In this document: positions 49,169-59,746 of the stretch, in pieces | Layout: each line of letters opens with the position of its first letter | Numbering within the stretch: the first letter of the stretch is position 1 | Notes under the pieces: generated by a model | What the model was told of the DNA's origin: nothing | Databases searched by the model: none | What the model saw: the letters and a program-made list of their open reading frames with translations, nothing else | Translations under genes and position numbers: made by a program | Assembly: GCA_963765675.1 (NCBI GenBank) | Contig: CAVXXK010000007.1 | Coordinates: 40,297 to 104,296, forward strand | Length of the DNA stretch: 64,000 nt | Direction: 5' to 3' | Source: an uncultured delta proteobacterium | Lineage (GTDB): Bacteria; Desulfobacterota; Binatia; Binatales; Binataceae

Positions 49169-50830
49169 GTGGCATCCTTTCTGGATTTCGCGATCGTCTG
49201 CCAGGAACTCGGCCAGACCCAGAGCCGCCTCCAGATGGCGCAGGCGGTCGGGAGTTTTCTCGGCGCGCTCGAAGTTGGTGAGGCGGAGATCGCGGCGCGC
49301 TTCATGATCGGGCGCGCGGTCGCCCAGGGCGATGAAAAGCGCTTGCAGATAAGCGGCCGCGCGATCTGGAAAATCGCCGCCGCGATTACCGGCGCCGAAG
49401 ATCAGGGCGAAGACATCTTCACCGCCGCCGAGGATTTCGGCGAGGCGATCGAGATGGTCCTGCGGCTGCGCCCAGCCGAGCCCGAACCGTCGCTCACGAT
49501 CACGGAAGTCGATCGCGCGTTCGGCGAAATCGCCGAAATCGAGGGACGCCGCGCACGCGCACGCAAGCTCGAAACGCTGCAAGCGCTGTTCGCGCGCGCG
49601 TCGAACCTCGAGGCCAAGTTCATCGCCAAGATTCTCGTGCGCGAGATGCGCCACGGCGTCAGCGAGGGAATCCTGCTCGAAGCCATCGCGAAAATGGCGA
49701 ATCGGCCGGTCGCCGAAGTCCGGCGCATCAATATGCTCGAAGGCGATCTCGGCCGCGTGGTGCGAATCCTGCGCGAGGGCTCCGCTCCCGCTCGCGGCGC
49801 CCGGGCGATAAAGCCTCTGCGCCCGATGCTGGCGCAGCCGGCGGGAGACATTGCCGAGGCGTTCGCGATGATGGGTTCCGAGATCGCCTTCGAGCACAAG
49901 CTCGACGGTGCGCGCGTGCAGATTCATCACGTCGGGGACGAGACGCGGATCTTTTCGCGCCGGATGAACGAGATCACGCCGAGCCTGCCCGAGATCACCG
50001 AAGTCGCGGCGCGGCTCGGCTCACGCGCTGCGATCTTCGACGGCGAGGTTATCGCGGTCGATAGCAATGGACGTCCGCAAGCCTTCCAGGAGCTGATGCG
50101 CCGGTTCGGCCGCGTGCGCGAGATCGAAAAGCTGCGCGCCGATCAGCCGGTGCGTCTCTACCTGTTCGATATTCTCGGGCTCGACGGTGAGTTGCTGATC
50201 GATCGCCCCTACGCGGAGCGAATCGCGATGCTTCAGGAAATCGCGGCCGCCGCGAGCCTCGAGCTGGTCACGCGAATCGAGCGCCCGAATCTGCCCGAGG
50301 CGGAGAAATTTTTCACCGGCGCGATCGCCGATGGATTCGAGGGCGTGGTCGCGAAATCGCTCGCGAGCGCTTACACGCCCGGCGCGCGCGGACGCGGATG
50401 GGTCAAAATCAAGCATGCGAAGACGCTGGACTTGGTGATCGTTGCCGCCGAATGGGGCTACGGGCGGCGCCACGGATGGCTCTCGAACTATCATCTTGCG
50501 GCGCGAAACGAAGCCACCGGCCGCATGAGCGAGGTCGGCAAGACCTTCAAGGGCCTCACCGACGCGGAATTCGAAACGATGACCGAGCGGCTGCTCGCGC
50601 TCAAGACTGAAGAGGCGCACGGCGTCGTGACCGTCCGGCCCGAGGTCGTGGTCGAGGTCGCATACAACGACATCCAGCGCAGCCCGCAGTACGACGACGG
50701 GATGGCGCTGCGCTTTGCGAGGATCATCAGGATTCGTGACGACAAGCCCGCCGCGGAGGCCGACACGATCGCAACGATCGCGCGCGAGTTCGAGCGCCAG
50801 GCGATTGCGCCGCGTTCCGCGAAGATTTAG
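49169..50830 (+). CDS. ATP-dependent DNA ligase (LigB/archaeal-like)
   Basis: RPMLAQ, EHKLDGAR (motif I), FDGEV, FDIL, EGVVAK, WVKIK, ALRFAR. Confidence 0.95.
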   Translation: MASFLDFAIVCQELGQTQSRLQMAQAVGSFLGALEVGEAEIAARFMIGRAVAQGDEKRLQISGRAIWKIAAAITGAEDQGEDIFTAAEDFGEAIEMVLRLRPAEPEPSLTITEVDRAFGEIAEIEGRRARARKLETLQALFARASNLEAKFIAKILVREMRHGVSEGILLEAIAKMANRPVAEVRRINMLEGDLGRVVRILREGSAPARGARAIKPLRPMLAQPAGDIAEAFAMMGSEIAFEHKLDGARVQIHHVGDETRIFSRRMNEITPSLPEITEVAARLGSRAAIFDGEVIAVDSNGRPQAFQELMRRFGRVREIEKLRADQPVRLYLFDILGLDGELLIDRPYAERIAMLQEIAAAASLELVTRIERPNLPEAEKFFTGAIADGFEGVVAKSLASAYTPGARGRGWVKIKHAKTLDLVIVAAEWGYGRRHGWLSNYHLAARNEATGRMSEVGKTFKGLTDAEFETMTERLLALKTEEAHGVVTVRPEVVVEVAYNDIQRSPQYDDGMALRFARIIRIRDDKPAAEADTIATIAREFERQAIAPRSAKI

Positions 50831-50881
50831 TGCTCGTGCCGGGTGCGCAGGGCGCGCAGGAACGTCGTTGAATAGCCGCGG

Positions 50882-51091
50882 CTAGTGTCCTCGGAGATGC
50901 TTCGGCTCGTGCGCGTCGGTCATCGCCATCGCGATGGCTTCGATCTCGCTCTCGCCAAAATCTTCGAGCACGAAAGAATCGGCCTGTGCGTTGTCGTGGC
51001 GCTCGTACATGTCGCAGCACCAGCAATTCGGACCGAGCTGCTTCGTGTGCAGCACAAAAGTATTGATTCCAACCACTTCCACCCGTTCCAT
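50882..51091 (-). CDS. Small hypothetical protein (69 aa)
   Basis: GGGAGG RBS before ATG 51091; MERVEVVGINTF..CWCCDMY. Confidence 0.6.
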   Translation of the reverse strand: MERVEVVGINTFVLHTKQLGPNCWCCDMYERHDNAQADSFVLEDFGESEIEAIAMAMTDAHEPKHLRGH

Positions 51092-51222
51092 AGCGAAAAC
51101 CTCCCGAGCAGAGTTGCCATGGTCATCGGCGGGCCGTGACATAAATCTTTTAGCATCAAACGAGCAGTATGACTAATGAAAATCTTCGCAGAAATGTTGC
51201 AAATACAGGGAACTAGGAATTT

Positions 51223-51792
51223 TCAGGCTGATTTGACCGATCGAACCCAATCGGTCAGCGCATCGTGCGTGCTACGAAACGCCAGAGAGTCCCAGACGAT
51301 AGCTTCAGGCGTGAAATAGCGAATCTCGGTCGCCTCTTCCGAAAGCGTCAGCTCACCGCCTGCTGGCGTCGCCAGATAGACGATTACCTGCGCCTTGGCG
51401 TTGACCGGATCGGTGTACACGCCGAGAAGCGGCCCGAGATTCACGCGAAGGCCGACCTCCTCGAGCGTCTCGCGCGCGGCGGCGTCGGCGGCGGGCTCCG
51501 CGAAATCGACGAAGCCTCCGGGGAAAGTCCATTTTCCGAGCGCCGGCTCGATTCCGCGCTTCAGCAGCAGGACGCGTCCGTCCTCGACGACCACGCATCC
51601 GGCGACCAGCTTTGGCGACGGGAAGAAAACGAAGCCACACTGCGGACACGCCCGCATCCGCTTGCGATCCGGCAGGATCGTCCGCAGCTCCATCTCCGAG
51701 CCGCACAGCGCGCAGAATTTCACCTCGGCGGGAAACCGATGCTGCACGTGATGATTCGCATGAATCGCGTTGCTGTCGTCGTCGTGTTTCAT
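51223..51792 (-). CDS. NUDIX hydrolase with N-terminal Zn ribbon
   Basis: FCALCG..CPQCG; PGGFVD..AAARETLEEVGL. Confidence 0.93.
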   Translation of the reverse strand: MKHDDDSNAIHANHHVQHRFPAEVKFCALCGSEMELRTILPDRKRMRACPQCGFVFFPSPKLVAGCVVVEDGRVLLLKRGIEPALGKWTFPGGFVDFAEPAADAAARETLEEVGLRVNLGPLLGVYTDPVNAKAQVIVYLATPAGGELTLSEEATEIRYFTPEAIVWDSLAFRSTHDALTDWVRSVKSA

Positions 51793-51806
51793 CGCGGCCT
51801 CGAGTA

Positions 51807-54386
51807 TTACGCCGTCAGCCGGCGCACCAACGCTTCGCCAATCAGGATGATCATCGCCGCGATGATTATAAACGGACTGAGCGATTTGCGCCGCTCCAGG
51901 TTCGGCCGGCCGAGACCCACCGCGGAAACGTCAGGATTCAAGCGGCCACCAGTTGCCGACGCCAGCCGCTCGAGCAGCCCATAGTTCGGCGCGGGACGCG
52001 GAACCTCGGCTAGCACCGCGGGGCTAACCGTATAAGCAAGTGGAGGGAAGGTCTGCGACTTGTCGCCGGGCGCGCGCACGCTGATGTTGTAGGTCCCCGG
52101 CGCGGGCGCGTCGATCGAGCCGGAGAATTCTCCCGGCACCTGTTCTGAAAGCGCGGTCTCGACGTGAGTGCCGTCCGGCCGCGTGACGATAGTCGTCAGC
52201 AGGCTCGGGCTCTTGCCGGTCTCGTCGGAATAATCGTTGAGTCGAATATTTATCCTGCTGCCCTGGTAGCCAAGCTCGACGTCGAATTTCTGCTCACCGG
52301 TCGTGCTCTCCGGCGTCATCCAGCCGAGCAGGCGGTCCCACACCGGCGAGAAAACGTTCGAGGTGATCCACGGCCCGGACCATCTTCCGCTCGCATCGGT
52401 AGTGACGGCCAGGGTCTTGCCGGCGCCGTATTTCCAGCTCGCGATCAGCGGTTCCTTGTTCCCACTGCGATCGATATAGGCGCTCAAGTCGGCCCTCGGC
52501 TTGATCTCGGTCGAGACGTAGCCCTTGATCGCGGGCAACTGCCGCCCGGCCAGGTCTTTCAGCACCGGGTCGGGGTTCACCGTGTGAGGCTTGAAGCTCG
52601 ATTCCTGCATCGTGATTTCGCCGCCGTGAGTGCGGACGTCCTGAACGAACAGCTCGGGCAGGTTCTTCGGGCTGTCGGTCTGATACGAGGCGCCGCCGCC
52701 GAATTTGCTGATCGAATCGAGCAGAGTGAGATTGGCTTCGTTTCCAATCGCGATCGTTGAGATGGTAGCGCCGCCCTCGCGATGCATCCGCGAGACAAGG
52801 TCGTAATACATCGCCGGCGTGCCGCCGGTTTCGCCGTCGGTCAGGATCACGACGTGCTGAATTTGCGCGCCGCTGCCGGCCAGCATCCGCTCCGCCTCCT
52901 GCAACGCGGGCAGCAGATAGGTGGTGCCGTGCGCGACCAGCCGATCGATCATCTGGTTCATATACGGACGGCTCTTCGCCAGCGGCTGCAGCGGCACGAC
53001 CACGAATGGCTGCGAATCGAAGCCAATCACGCTCACCAGATCGGTGTTCTTGAGGGTCTCGGTGACAGTCTCGGCGGCGGCTTTCGCGTACTTGAGCTTG
53101 TCGTTGCGGCCCATCGAGCCGGACTTGTCGATGATCAACACCAATGCGCGCGTGCGCTCCTTATGCTCCGGCGGCTTCATGATCACCGGCATCGCTTTGG
53201 CGAGCGGACTCGATTGCCATCCGCCAAGGCCGAAACTCGAATCGCCGCCGACCATCGCGAGCGAGCCGCCCTTCTCGACGTAGGAAACCAGCGCGTCCTG
53301 GTCGGCGGGCGCGATCCGGCTCGCAGGAACGTTGTCCAAAAAAACCGCGTCGAAGCCGGAGAGCTTGCCGTTCCACTCGCCCAAGGTTATCGGAACGACG
53401 GTCGGCTCGAAGCCGCGGCGCTCGGCGACGGTCTGGAGATAGTTCGCGTCTTGCGCGCGGTCGGTCAGGATCAAAACCTTGCGCCGCGCACCCACGCCAA
53501 CCCATCCCTTGAGCGAATCGTCTTCGAGATATTGATCGATCTTCGGATTGTCGGCCTTGAACGACGCCGAGTATGAAGCGAGTCCCGCCGCCTCGTTGCG
53601 GACCGGAAAATCGAAACGCTGGGAACCATGGGGCAGGCTGACGCGCCGCTTGTCGAGGAGAGTGGCGTCGCGATAAACGGAGATCGTTCCCGTGGCGGGC
53701 GCGTCGTTCAAGTTTTCCATCGTGACGCCGAGCTCGAATGGCTCCGCTTTTTCGAGCGCGGGCGGCAGCGACAGCTCGGTCATCGTGACGTTGGGAATCG
53801 AAGTGGCGCCGGGGGGAGTGAAGATATCGAGCCGGATTCGCGCCGCGACGATCGAACCGATCGCGCGGGTCGAGTCGCCGCGATTTTCCCATCCGTCGGT
53901 CACCAGCACCGCCGGTCCGCCCTGCGCGGCCGGGTCCGCCGCGATTCGCATCAGCGCGGTTTCGAGATTGGTCGCGTCAGGCGCGCACGAGCCGCAGGCG
54001 GCGCCGGAAGCGAGCGTGCTGTCGATCGCGCCGATCGTGCTTGAGTCGGTCGAGCCCGCGAAGATCAGCGCGGGATCACTCGGGCGCAGTTTCAACTGAT
54101 CCTTGAGCAGCCGCGCGGTCCACGCGCGCATCGCGGGCGTGATACTCGCCGAGGCATCGACGATCGCCGGGCGCGCCGCGCCCTCGAAGCGCATGACGGT
54201 CTGCGGGTTCGCCAGCGCGAGGATGAACAGCCCGAGCGCGAGCGCGCGCATGATCGGCGCCCAGATTTTCTTCCACTCGCGCGCATTGACCAGCGACCAC
54301 GCCAGCACCAGCCCGACGATAGCGAGCAGGTAGAGCGCGTCGGGCCTCGAAAGCGAAATCTCGGCGATCGACTTTAGCGGCGGCAT
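51807..54386 (-). CDS. Large membrane-anchored double-vWA protein (operon B)
   Basis: VDASAS/TDGWEN and IDKSGS/TDGE; PLIASWKYGAGK; terminal TM segments. Confidence 0.9.
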   Translation of the reverse strand: MPPLKSIAEISLSRPDALYLLAIVGLVLAWSLVNAREWKKIWAPIMRALALGLFILALANPQTVMRFEGAARPAIVDASASITPAMRAWTARLLKDQLKLRPSDPALIFAGSTDSSTIGAIDSTLASGAACGSCAPDATNLETALMRIAADPAAQGGPAVLVTDGWENRGDSTRAIGSIVAARIRLDIFTPPGATSIPNVTMTELSLPPALEKAEPFELGVTMENLNDAPATGTISVYRDATLLDKRRVSLPHGSQRFDFPVRNEAAGLASYSASFKADNPKIDQYLEDDSLKGWVGVGARRKVLILTDRAQDANYLQTVAERRGFEPTVVPITLGEWNGKLSGFDAVFLDNVPASRIAPADQDALVSYVEKGGSLAMVGGDSSFGLGGWQSSPLAKAMPVIMKPPEHKERTRALVLIIDKSGSMGRNDKLKYAKAAAETVTETLKNTDLVSVIGFDSQPFVVVPLQPLAKSRPYMNQMIDRLVAHGTTYLLPALQEAERMLAGSGAQIQHVVILTDGETGGTPAMYYDLVSRMHREGGATISTIAIGNEANLTLLDSISKFGGGASYQTDSPKNLPELFVQDVRTHGGEITMQESSFKPHTVNPDPVLKDLAGRQLPAIKGYVSTEIKPRADLSAYIDRSGNKEPLIASWKYGAGKTLAVTTDASGRWSGPWITSNVFSPVWDRLLGWMTPESTTGEQKFDVELGYQGSRINIRLNDYSDETGKSPSLLTTIVTRPDGTHVETALSEQVPGEFSGSIDAPAPGTYNISVRAPGDKSQTFPPLAYTVSPAVLAEVPRPAPNYGLLERLASATGGRLNPDVSAVGLGRPNLERRKSLSPFIIIAAMIILIGEALVRRLTA

Positions 54387-54389
54387 CGC

Positions 54390-56198
54390 CTACGCCTGCG
54401 CCATTACGTTGCGACGCCTGCGATACACGATAATCGCCTCGAGCGCGCCGAGTGCGATAATCGCGAGCAGCAGCCAGGGACTGAGCGACGACTTTTCCAG
54501 GAACGATTCGCTCGAAGCCGGCGTCGCGGCTGCGATCTCGACGCGGATCGGCGGCACGTTTTCGAGATCCGACACCGAAAGGTCGTCAAGGTTGACCGCA
54601 CGCGGAATCGGCGCGACGCCCGCGCCGGAGAGTTCGTAGATTCCCTGCGCATCGACCTCGGTGAACAGCGTTCCCGGTGTCGCCTTCATCTTCTTCCCGG
54701 AAGGAAGCGTAACGCGCGTGACGCCGGCCGGGACCAGCCATGGCTGCCCGGTGCGGTAACTGCCCGCGTTCGCGCCGAGTCCCGCAAGATAGCTCAGCAG
54801 GTTGAGCGTCAGGATCGACATCGGCAGATTTTTCTTTCCGAGATACGGAAATGGGTTGAAGCCGGTGGCAACGAATCGATGCCCGTCGCGCTCGCCGCGC
54901 AAGATCAGTCCTCCGCCCTGTCCGCTGACGACGGCGGTCATCCACGGATGCTGCCCGAAGAATTCGCCGCTGCGCAGGTTGAGCATCCTGAAGTTCACCG
55001 AGTCGGTGAGCGCGTCGGTGTTGTGCCACTGATCGATCTCGATGTTCGCCGTGGGTGCGACCGTGAAGCCGAACGCCGGATCCGGCGGCGGCATCACCAT
55101 CAGGGTGTTCACCGGCGGGATTTGCTTGGGCGTCGAGTACTCGAAAATCGCGACGTCGGCCTTGGCCAGGTCCTCAGGCGCGAACTTGTCGGGTGCTACG
55201 ACGGTGACCTGCGCGCCCGGAATCGCGCCGAGGCCTGCTGCGTCGGCAGGGACCGGCGTAATGAACAGAATCGAGACAGCGCGCACCGCTCCGCTGGTCG
55301 CGTAGGCGACGTTGTCGAGCGCGAACGAATCGGCGGGCGTTAACTCAGCGCGATAAACCTGCGCCGGCGCGAGCGAGGGAAATTCCAGCGCTCCGGTCTC
55401 CCCGGCCGCTAGAGATTCGTGGGCGCTCGCCAGATGGCGCCCGTCGCCGGTCAACGTGACGGTGATATCGGACGGATTCGGGCCGAAGTTCGAGACGCTG
55501 ATTCGCGCGTGCAGCGTATCGACGCCGAACACCTCGCGCCGGAGCGTGAACGAGCTGAGCGCGAGGTTCGGCGCGGGGTCGCCGGTGACGATCGCGTGGA
55601 TCGCCGTCGGAACCGGCGCTGCGATCGCGCGGAAGCTCGCGAAGATCACTTTCTTGAAAAGTCCGCCCGCAGCCAGGTCGGTCAACGACGCGGTGATTGC
55701 CGCGGGATCGTCCGGCGCGTCGGTCGGCCGGATTTGCGCAATCGCATGGCGCGCCTCGACCATCGAATCGAACGCCGGCGCGATCCGGTACGGAGCCGGC
55801 GCGGTCACGAACACCGAAACTTTGCCGCCTCCGTCTTCATCCGAGAGCATCGCGTTCGTTTTCTTGAGCGCGTCGTCGAAACGGGTTACGCCCGACGACA
55901 GCTTCACCTGCATCGCGGCCGAATTGTCGATCATCACCGCGATCGGATTGCTCTTGCGGACGATGAACGGCCCCGCCATCGCGAGCACCGCCAGGCATAG
56001 CAGCAGCAGCTCGACGAGGAACATCCAGTCGAAGCGCGGCTTGCCGCCGTATCGTTCATTGCGAAAGCCGCGCAGCGCGCGAAACGCCAGCACGCTTGAA
56101 ACGATCACGCGCGCTGGTCGTTCGCGCGCAAGATAGGCGAGCACCAGCGCGGGTACGATCGCGAAAAAGATTAGAGCGCCGGGATAAAGCAGGCCCAT
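54390..56198 (-). CDS. BatA-like N-terminal TM + vWA protein (operon B)
   Basis: MGLLYPGAL..LAYL..VSS, IDNSAAM, DSFALDN, C-terminal TM followed by RRRR. Confidence 0.88.
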   Translation of the reverse strand: MGLLYPGALIFFAIVPALVLAYLARERPARVIVSSVLAFRALRGFRNERYGGKPRFDWMFLVELLLLCLAVLAMAGPFIVRKSNPIAVMIDNSAAMQVKLSSGVTRFDDALKKTNAMLSDEDGGGKVSVFVTAPAPYRIAPAFDSMVEARHAIAQIRPTDAPDDPAAITASLTDLAAGGLFKKVIFASFRAIAAPVPTAIHAIVTGDPAPNLALSSFTLRREVFGVDTLHARISVSNFGPNPSDITVTLTGDGRHLASAHESLAAGETGALEFPSLAPAQVYRAELTPADSFALDNVAYATSGAVRAVSILFITPVPADAAGLGAIPGAQVTVVAPDKFAPEDLAKADVAIFEYSTPKQIPPVNTLMVMPPPDPAFGFTVAPTANIEIDQWHNTDALTDSVNFRMLNLRSGEFFGQHPWMTAVVSGQGGGLILRGERDGHRFVATGFNPFPYLGKKNLPMSILTLNLLSYLAGLGANAGSYRTGQPWLVPAGVTRVTLPSGKKMKATPGTLFTEVDAQGIYELSGAGVAPIPRAVNLDDLSVSDLENVPPIRVEIAAATPASSESFLEKSSLSPWLLLAIIALGALEAIIVYRRRRNVMAQA

Positions 56199-56208
56199 CG
56201 ATTTCAGC

Positions 56209-57108
56209 TCAATGCGCCAGTCCCAGGTCGGCGACCGCGCGCACGAAAAAGCTCTGGAACTCCTGGTCGGTGGTGTGCAGCGCGTAGTGCAATCCGCGCT
56301 TCAGGCAGAACTGCTTGATCTCGCGCGTCAGCCGTTCCATCGTCTGTTGATATTGTTCGCGCTCGCGCGCGCCGATCGCGACGCGCAGATGCTCCCCGGT
56401 TTCGGAATCGACTACTTCGACGTCGCCTTGGAGTCCTTGACCATGAATCTCGCGTCCGCCGAGAATCTGCACCGCGGTCACGTCCATTGTCGCGGCGGTG
56501 AACAGTCCGAGGCCGCGCGTGACGGAGTTCAGCAGCATCAGGAAGTCGGAGATGACAAAAACTTTTCCCGCGCGCCGGATCGATCGCATCTCGCTCGCCA
56601 GCGCGGGCGCGAAATCATACTCGCCGCCCGGCTTGATCGCGCGCAGCTTGCGCGCGAGATCGATTATCCGATGCCGTCCGTACAGAAAGACCGGCTCGAT
56701 CTTCGTGCCCGCGCCCGCCAGCACCCGGACCATCACGCGGTCGCCCGACGACAGAGCTACGTACGCGACGGCTAGCGCGGTTGCGACCGCGCGATCGAAC
56801 TTGCGATCGGCCGCGGGATACGCCATCGAGGCGCTCGCGTCCAGGAAGATATAGGTCAGCAGATCTTCTTCTTCCTTGAACAGCTTGATGTAGAGCTTGT
56901 CGGTGCGGCCGTACAGGCCCCAGTCGATGTAACGGAAATCGTCGCCGGACGAGTAATGGCGGTAGTCGTTGAATTCGAGCGAGGAGCCGCGCTTGGGCGA
57001 CAGATGCGAGCCCTTGCCCATGCCCGCGTACTGGCGCCGGGTGCGGACGCGCAACTCTTCAAGCCGCGCCAGGAATTGCGGCGTGAACTCGTCGGGGAGA
57101 TCGAACAT
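56209..57108 (-). CDS. DUF58 domain protein (operon B)
   Basis: GSSLEFNDYRHYSSGDDFRYIDWGLYGR, LDASASM, ISDFL. Confidence 0.93.
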   Translation of the reverse strand: MFDLPDEFTPQFLARLEELRVRTRRQYAGMGKGSHLSPKRGSSLEFNDYRHYSSGDDFRYIDWGLYGRTDKLYIKLFKEEEDLLTYIFLDASASMAYPAADRKFDRAVATALAVAYVALSSGDRVMVRVLAGAGTKIEPVFLYGRHRIIDLARKLRAIKPGGEYDFAPALASEMRSIRRAGKVFVISDFLMLLNSVTRGLGLFTAATMDVTAVQILGGREIHGQGLQGDVEVVDSETGEHLRVAIGAREREQYQQTMERLTREIKQFCLKRGLHYALHTTDQEFQSFFVRAVADLGLAH

Positions 57109-57124
57109 CGGTTCAGCGCGCGGG

Positions 57125-58141
57125 CTATGCGCGCGGACGCTTGAGACGTTTCTGGACCTGTTCGAGAATCGATTCGGTGGTGACGTTCTCGGCCTCGGCC
57201 TGGAAGTTGCGCAGCAGCCGATGGCGCAGGCACGGAACCACCGCGTCGTCGATATCCTCGTAGCTGACGCTGACCCGTCCGGCGAGGAGGGCATTGACCT
57301 TCGCGCTCAGGATGATCGCCTGCGCACCGCGCGGGCTCGGTCCGAAGCGCAGATATTGCGAGACCTCGGGAATCGCGCCCGGGCCGCCGGGAGTGCAGGC
57401 GCCGATCATCGCGATGATGTAGCGCTCGAGCGGTTCGGCTACCATCACCTCGCGCACCAGTCCCTTGAGCGTCTCGATCTCTTGCGCCGCCGTGGCGGGC
57501 TTGAAGATGGCTTCGATCTGATGCGCGCGGGTGCCGGTGGTGCGGCTTAAGATTTCTCGCAACTCGTCGGGCTTGGGCGGTCCCATCACGACTTTGAACA
57601 GGAACCGGTCCATCTGCGCCTCGGGCAGCGGATAGGTCCCTTCGAGCTCGATCGGATTCTGGGTCGCGAGCACCATGTACGGCGGCTCGAGCCGGTAGGT
57701 GAGTCCGAAGACCGTCACCTGATGCTCTTCCATCGCTTCGAGTACCGCCGACTGGGTTTTGGGCGTCGCGCGATTGATCTCGTCTCCGAGCACGATATGG
57801 GCGAAGATCGGGCCGGGCTTGAACTGGAACTCGCGGTGTCCGTCGGACTCCGTCAGTACTTGCGTGCCGATAATATCCGACGGCATCAGGTCGGGCGTGA
57901 ACTGGATTCGCTTGAAGCTAAGCCCGAGCGTGTCCGCCGCGGCTTTGCACATCAGGGTTTTGCCGAGCCCTGGGACGCCTTCGATCAGGATATGGCCGCC
58001 CGAGAAGAGCGCGGTCAGGAGTTTGCGGATAACCTCCTGATGGCCGACGATGACGCGGCCGACTTCCTGCGCGGCGCGCGAAAAGATCTTGCGAAATTCC
58101 GCGACGCGCTGGTCGGGTGATACTTGCGGTGCCGCTCCCAT
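57125..58141 (-). CDS. MoxR family AAA+ ATPase (operon B)
   Basis: GVPGLGKT, RIQFTPDLMPSD, VLGDEINRA, ATQNPIELEGTYPLPEAQMDRF. Confidence 0.96.
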   Translation of the reverse strand: MGAAPQVSPDQRVAEFRKIFSRAAQEVGRVIVGHQEVIRKLLTALFSGGHILIEGVPGLGKTLMCKAAADTLGLSFKRIQFTPDLMPSDIIGTQVLTESDGHREFQFKPGPIFAHIVLGDEINRATPKTQSAVLEAMEEHQVTVFGLTYRLEPPYMVLATQNPIELEGTYPLPEAQMDRFLFKVVMGPPKPDELREILSRTTGTRAHQIEAIFKPATAAQEIETLKGLVREVMVAEPLERYIIAMIGACTPGGPGAIPEVSQYLRFGPSPRGAQAIILSAKVNALLAGRVSVSYEDIDDAVVPCLRHRLLRNFQAEAENVTTESILEQVQKRLKRPRA

Positions 58142-58197
58142 CAGTTCTCCTTAAGGTACCAAAAGGTACGAAGTCCTTCTTTGCTGGCTTTGTTTTT

Positions 58198-59721
58198 TCA
58201 GTGGATTAGATCTCGATACCGCGGCGGAACGAGTTGGCGCTCGTCAGGCGCGGCTTGATCGGTGGATTCCTTCAGCGGGGCGTTGACATATGCGGCGGTG
58301 GCGGTCGGATGACTGGTATCGACGACAGTCTTGCCGCCCGCGCCGACGATCGCGCCATTCGGCAGCCGGAACATTACGTAGCGCGCGTCATGGATATCGA
58401 GCGCGGCGCCTTTTTCGCCCGGTTTCAGATAGCGCTGATAGTTTGCCGGCGGCGGAGTCTCGCCAAGATGAGTATCGCCCAGATTCGAACCCATGTCCTT
58501 GGTCGAAGCCTGGGCGCCGCCCGTGGGGGGGACATTCTGTTTGCCGGCGGCATCGCCTTTGGGAACGTTTCCGGCCCGCGATGAATCGGGTTTATTCGCG
58601 GCTCCGTTTTTGTCGGGATTTCCGCCGGTCTTGGGAGCGTTGCCGGCCTTGTTGTCGTCACCGAGCTTCTTGTTGTCGGGCTTGGGGCTGTTCTTGGCGT
58701 CACTCTCGACTTGGGCCTTCGCGTCGGCCAGCTCGTTTTGCAGATCGACGGATGAATCTTTTTTCTGTTTGCCGTTTTGGCCCGAGCCGTTGTTGCCCTG
58801 CTGATTTTTGCCCGCGCCAGATCCCGGCTGATTGGATTTATCCGAGCCGCCCGGACCGTTGCCCTGTCCCTGATTTCCGCCGCCCCGGCTCGAACCGTTT
58901 CCTTGTCCTTTGGCGGCTTGATTACCGCCGCCCGCGCCGACGCCTTTATTTGCACCGCCCGCGCCTTTCTTTTCCTGCTGGAGATCGTGCATCGCGTCGT
59001 CGAGCTTCTTGATCTTCTGCTCCGGCGGCAGGCTCGGGTTTTCCAGCGCGTCGGCGGCGGCTTTCGCCTCGGCGGCGATTGCGCGGTCGGTTGGATCGGT
59101 CGAGGTGGCTTCGATCTCGCGAGCGATTTCGCGCAGCCGCGCCGCTATCGCCTGTTCGCGCGTGGGCGGACGCACCAGACCCATCGTGGCGAGTATCATC
59201 GCGACCGCGACTGCTCCGGCGAGCATCGAGGAGCGCGCGAGCGGCCGTCCGAGCGAGAGCGGAAACGCCCTGGCCGGGTCGAAACGCTCGAGGAGTCCGA
59301 TCGCGCGGCGCCATAAAAGCGGAAACAGCGGGCTGCGCGCCGCCTTCTCTTCGTCTCCGAGGTTGGGATCGGCCAGAGCGGCGAAGGTCAGAATCTCCTG
59401 GCGCGCGCGTACCGCGTTATCGACCTGCTCCGCGGCGGCGACGAAATCGAGCGCGCGCCGGTACGCGCGCAGGGCCAGAATCGCGCCTGCGGCGAGCGCG
59501 CCCGCCGCGATCACGAAAAGGGCATCGCGCAGAATCGCGGCGCGCTCCGGTGCGAGGATATAGCCCCATCGCATCCAGGTAGCTCGGCCAATCGGCGCAA
59601 GGCCAATCGCCAGAGCAACCGCGACCAGTGCGGGCGCGATCGCATACGCACCGGTGCGGATCGCCGCGACTTGGGCGATACGGTTGCGCGCACGACCGAG
59701 TATCTCTACCGGATTTGGCAC
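58198..59721 (-). CDS. Membrane protein with coiled-coil and G/N/Q/K-rich low-complexity tail; gene 1 of operon B
   Basis: Three hydrophobic segments and a Gly/Asn-rich tract, ending LVPPRYRDLIH. Confidence 0.8.
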   Translation of the reverse strand: MPNPVEILGRARNRIAQVAAIRTGAYAIAPALVAVALAIGLAPIGRATWMRWGYILAPERAAILRDALFVIAAGALAAGAILALRAYRRALDFVAAAEQVDNAVRARQEILTFAALADPNLGDEEKAARSPLFPLLWRRAIGLLERFDPARAFPLSLGRPLARSSMLAGAVAVAMILATMGLVRPPTREQAIAARLREIAREIEATSTDPTDRAIAAEAKAAADALENPSLPPEQKIKKLDDAMHDLQQEKKGAGGANKGVGAGGGNQAAKGQGNGSSRGGGNQGQGNGPGGSDKSNQPGSGAGKNQQGNNGSGQNGKQKKDSSVDLQNELADAKAQVESDAKNSPKPDNKKLGDDNKAGNAPKTGGNPDKNGAANKPDSSRAGNVPKGDAAGKQNVPPTGGAQASTKDMGSNLGDTHLGETPPPANYQRYLKPGEKGAALDIHDARYVMFRLPNGAIVGAGGKTVVDTSHPTATAAYVNAPLKESTDQAAPDERQLVPPRYRDLIH

Positions 59722-59746
59722 GATCTTCTATTATAGCCTATCTGAC

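Noticed and set aside
49169-50830. NHEJ system
   Set aside because: The ligase lacks LigD polymerase/phosphoesterase domains and there is no Ku gene here.
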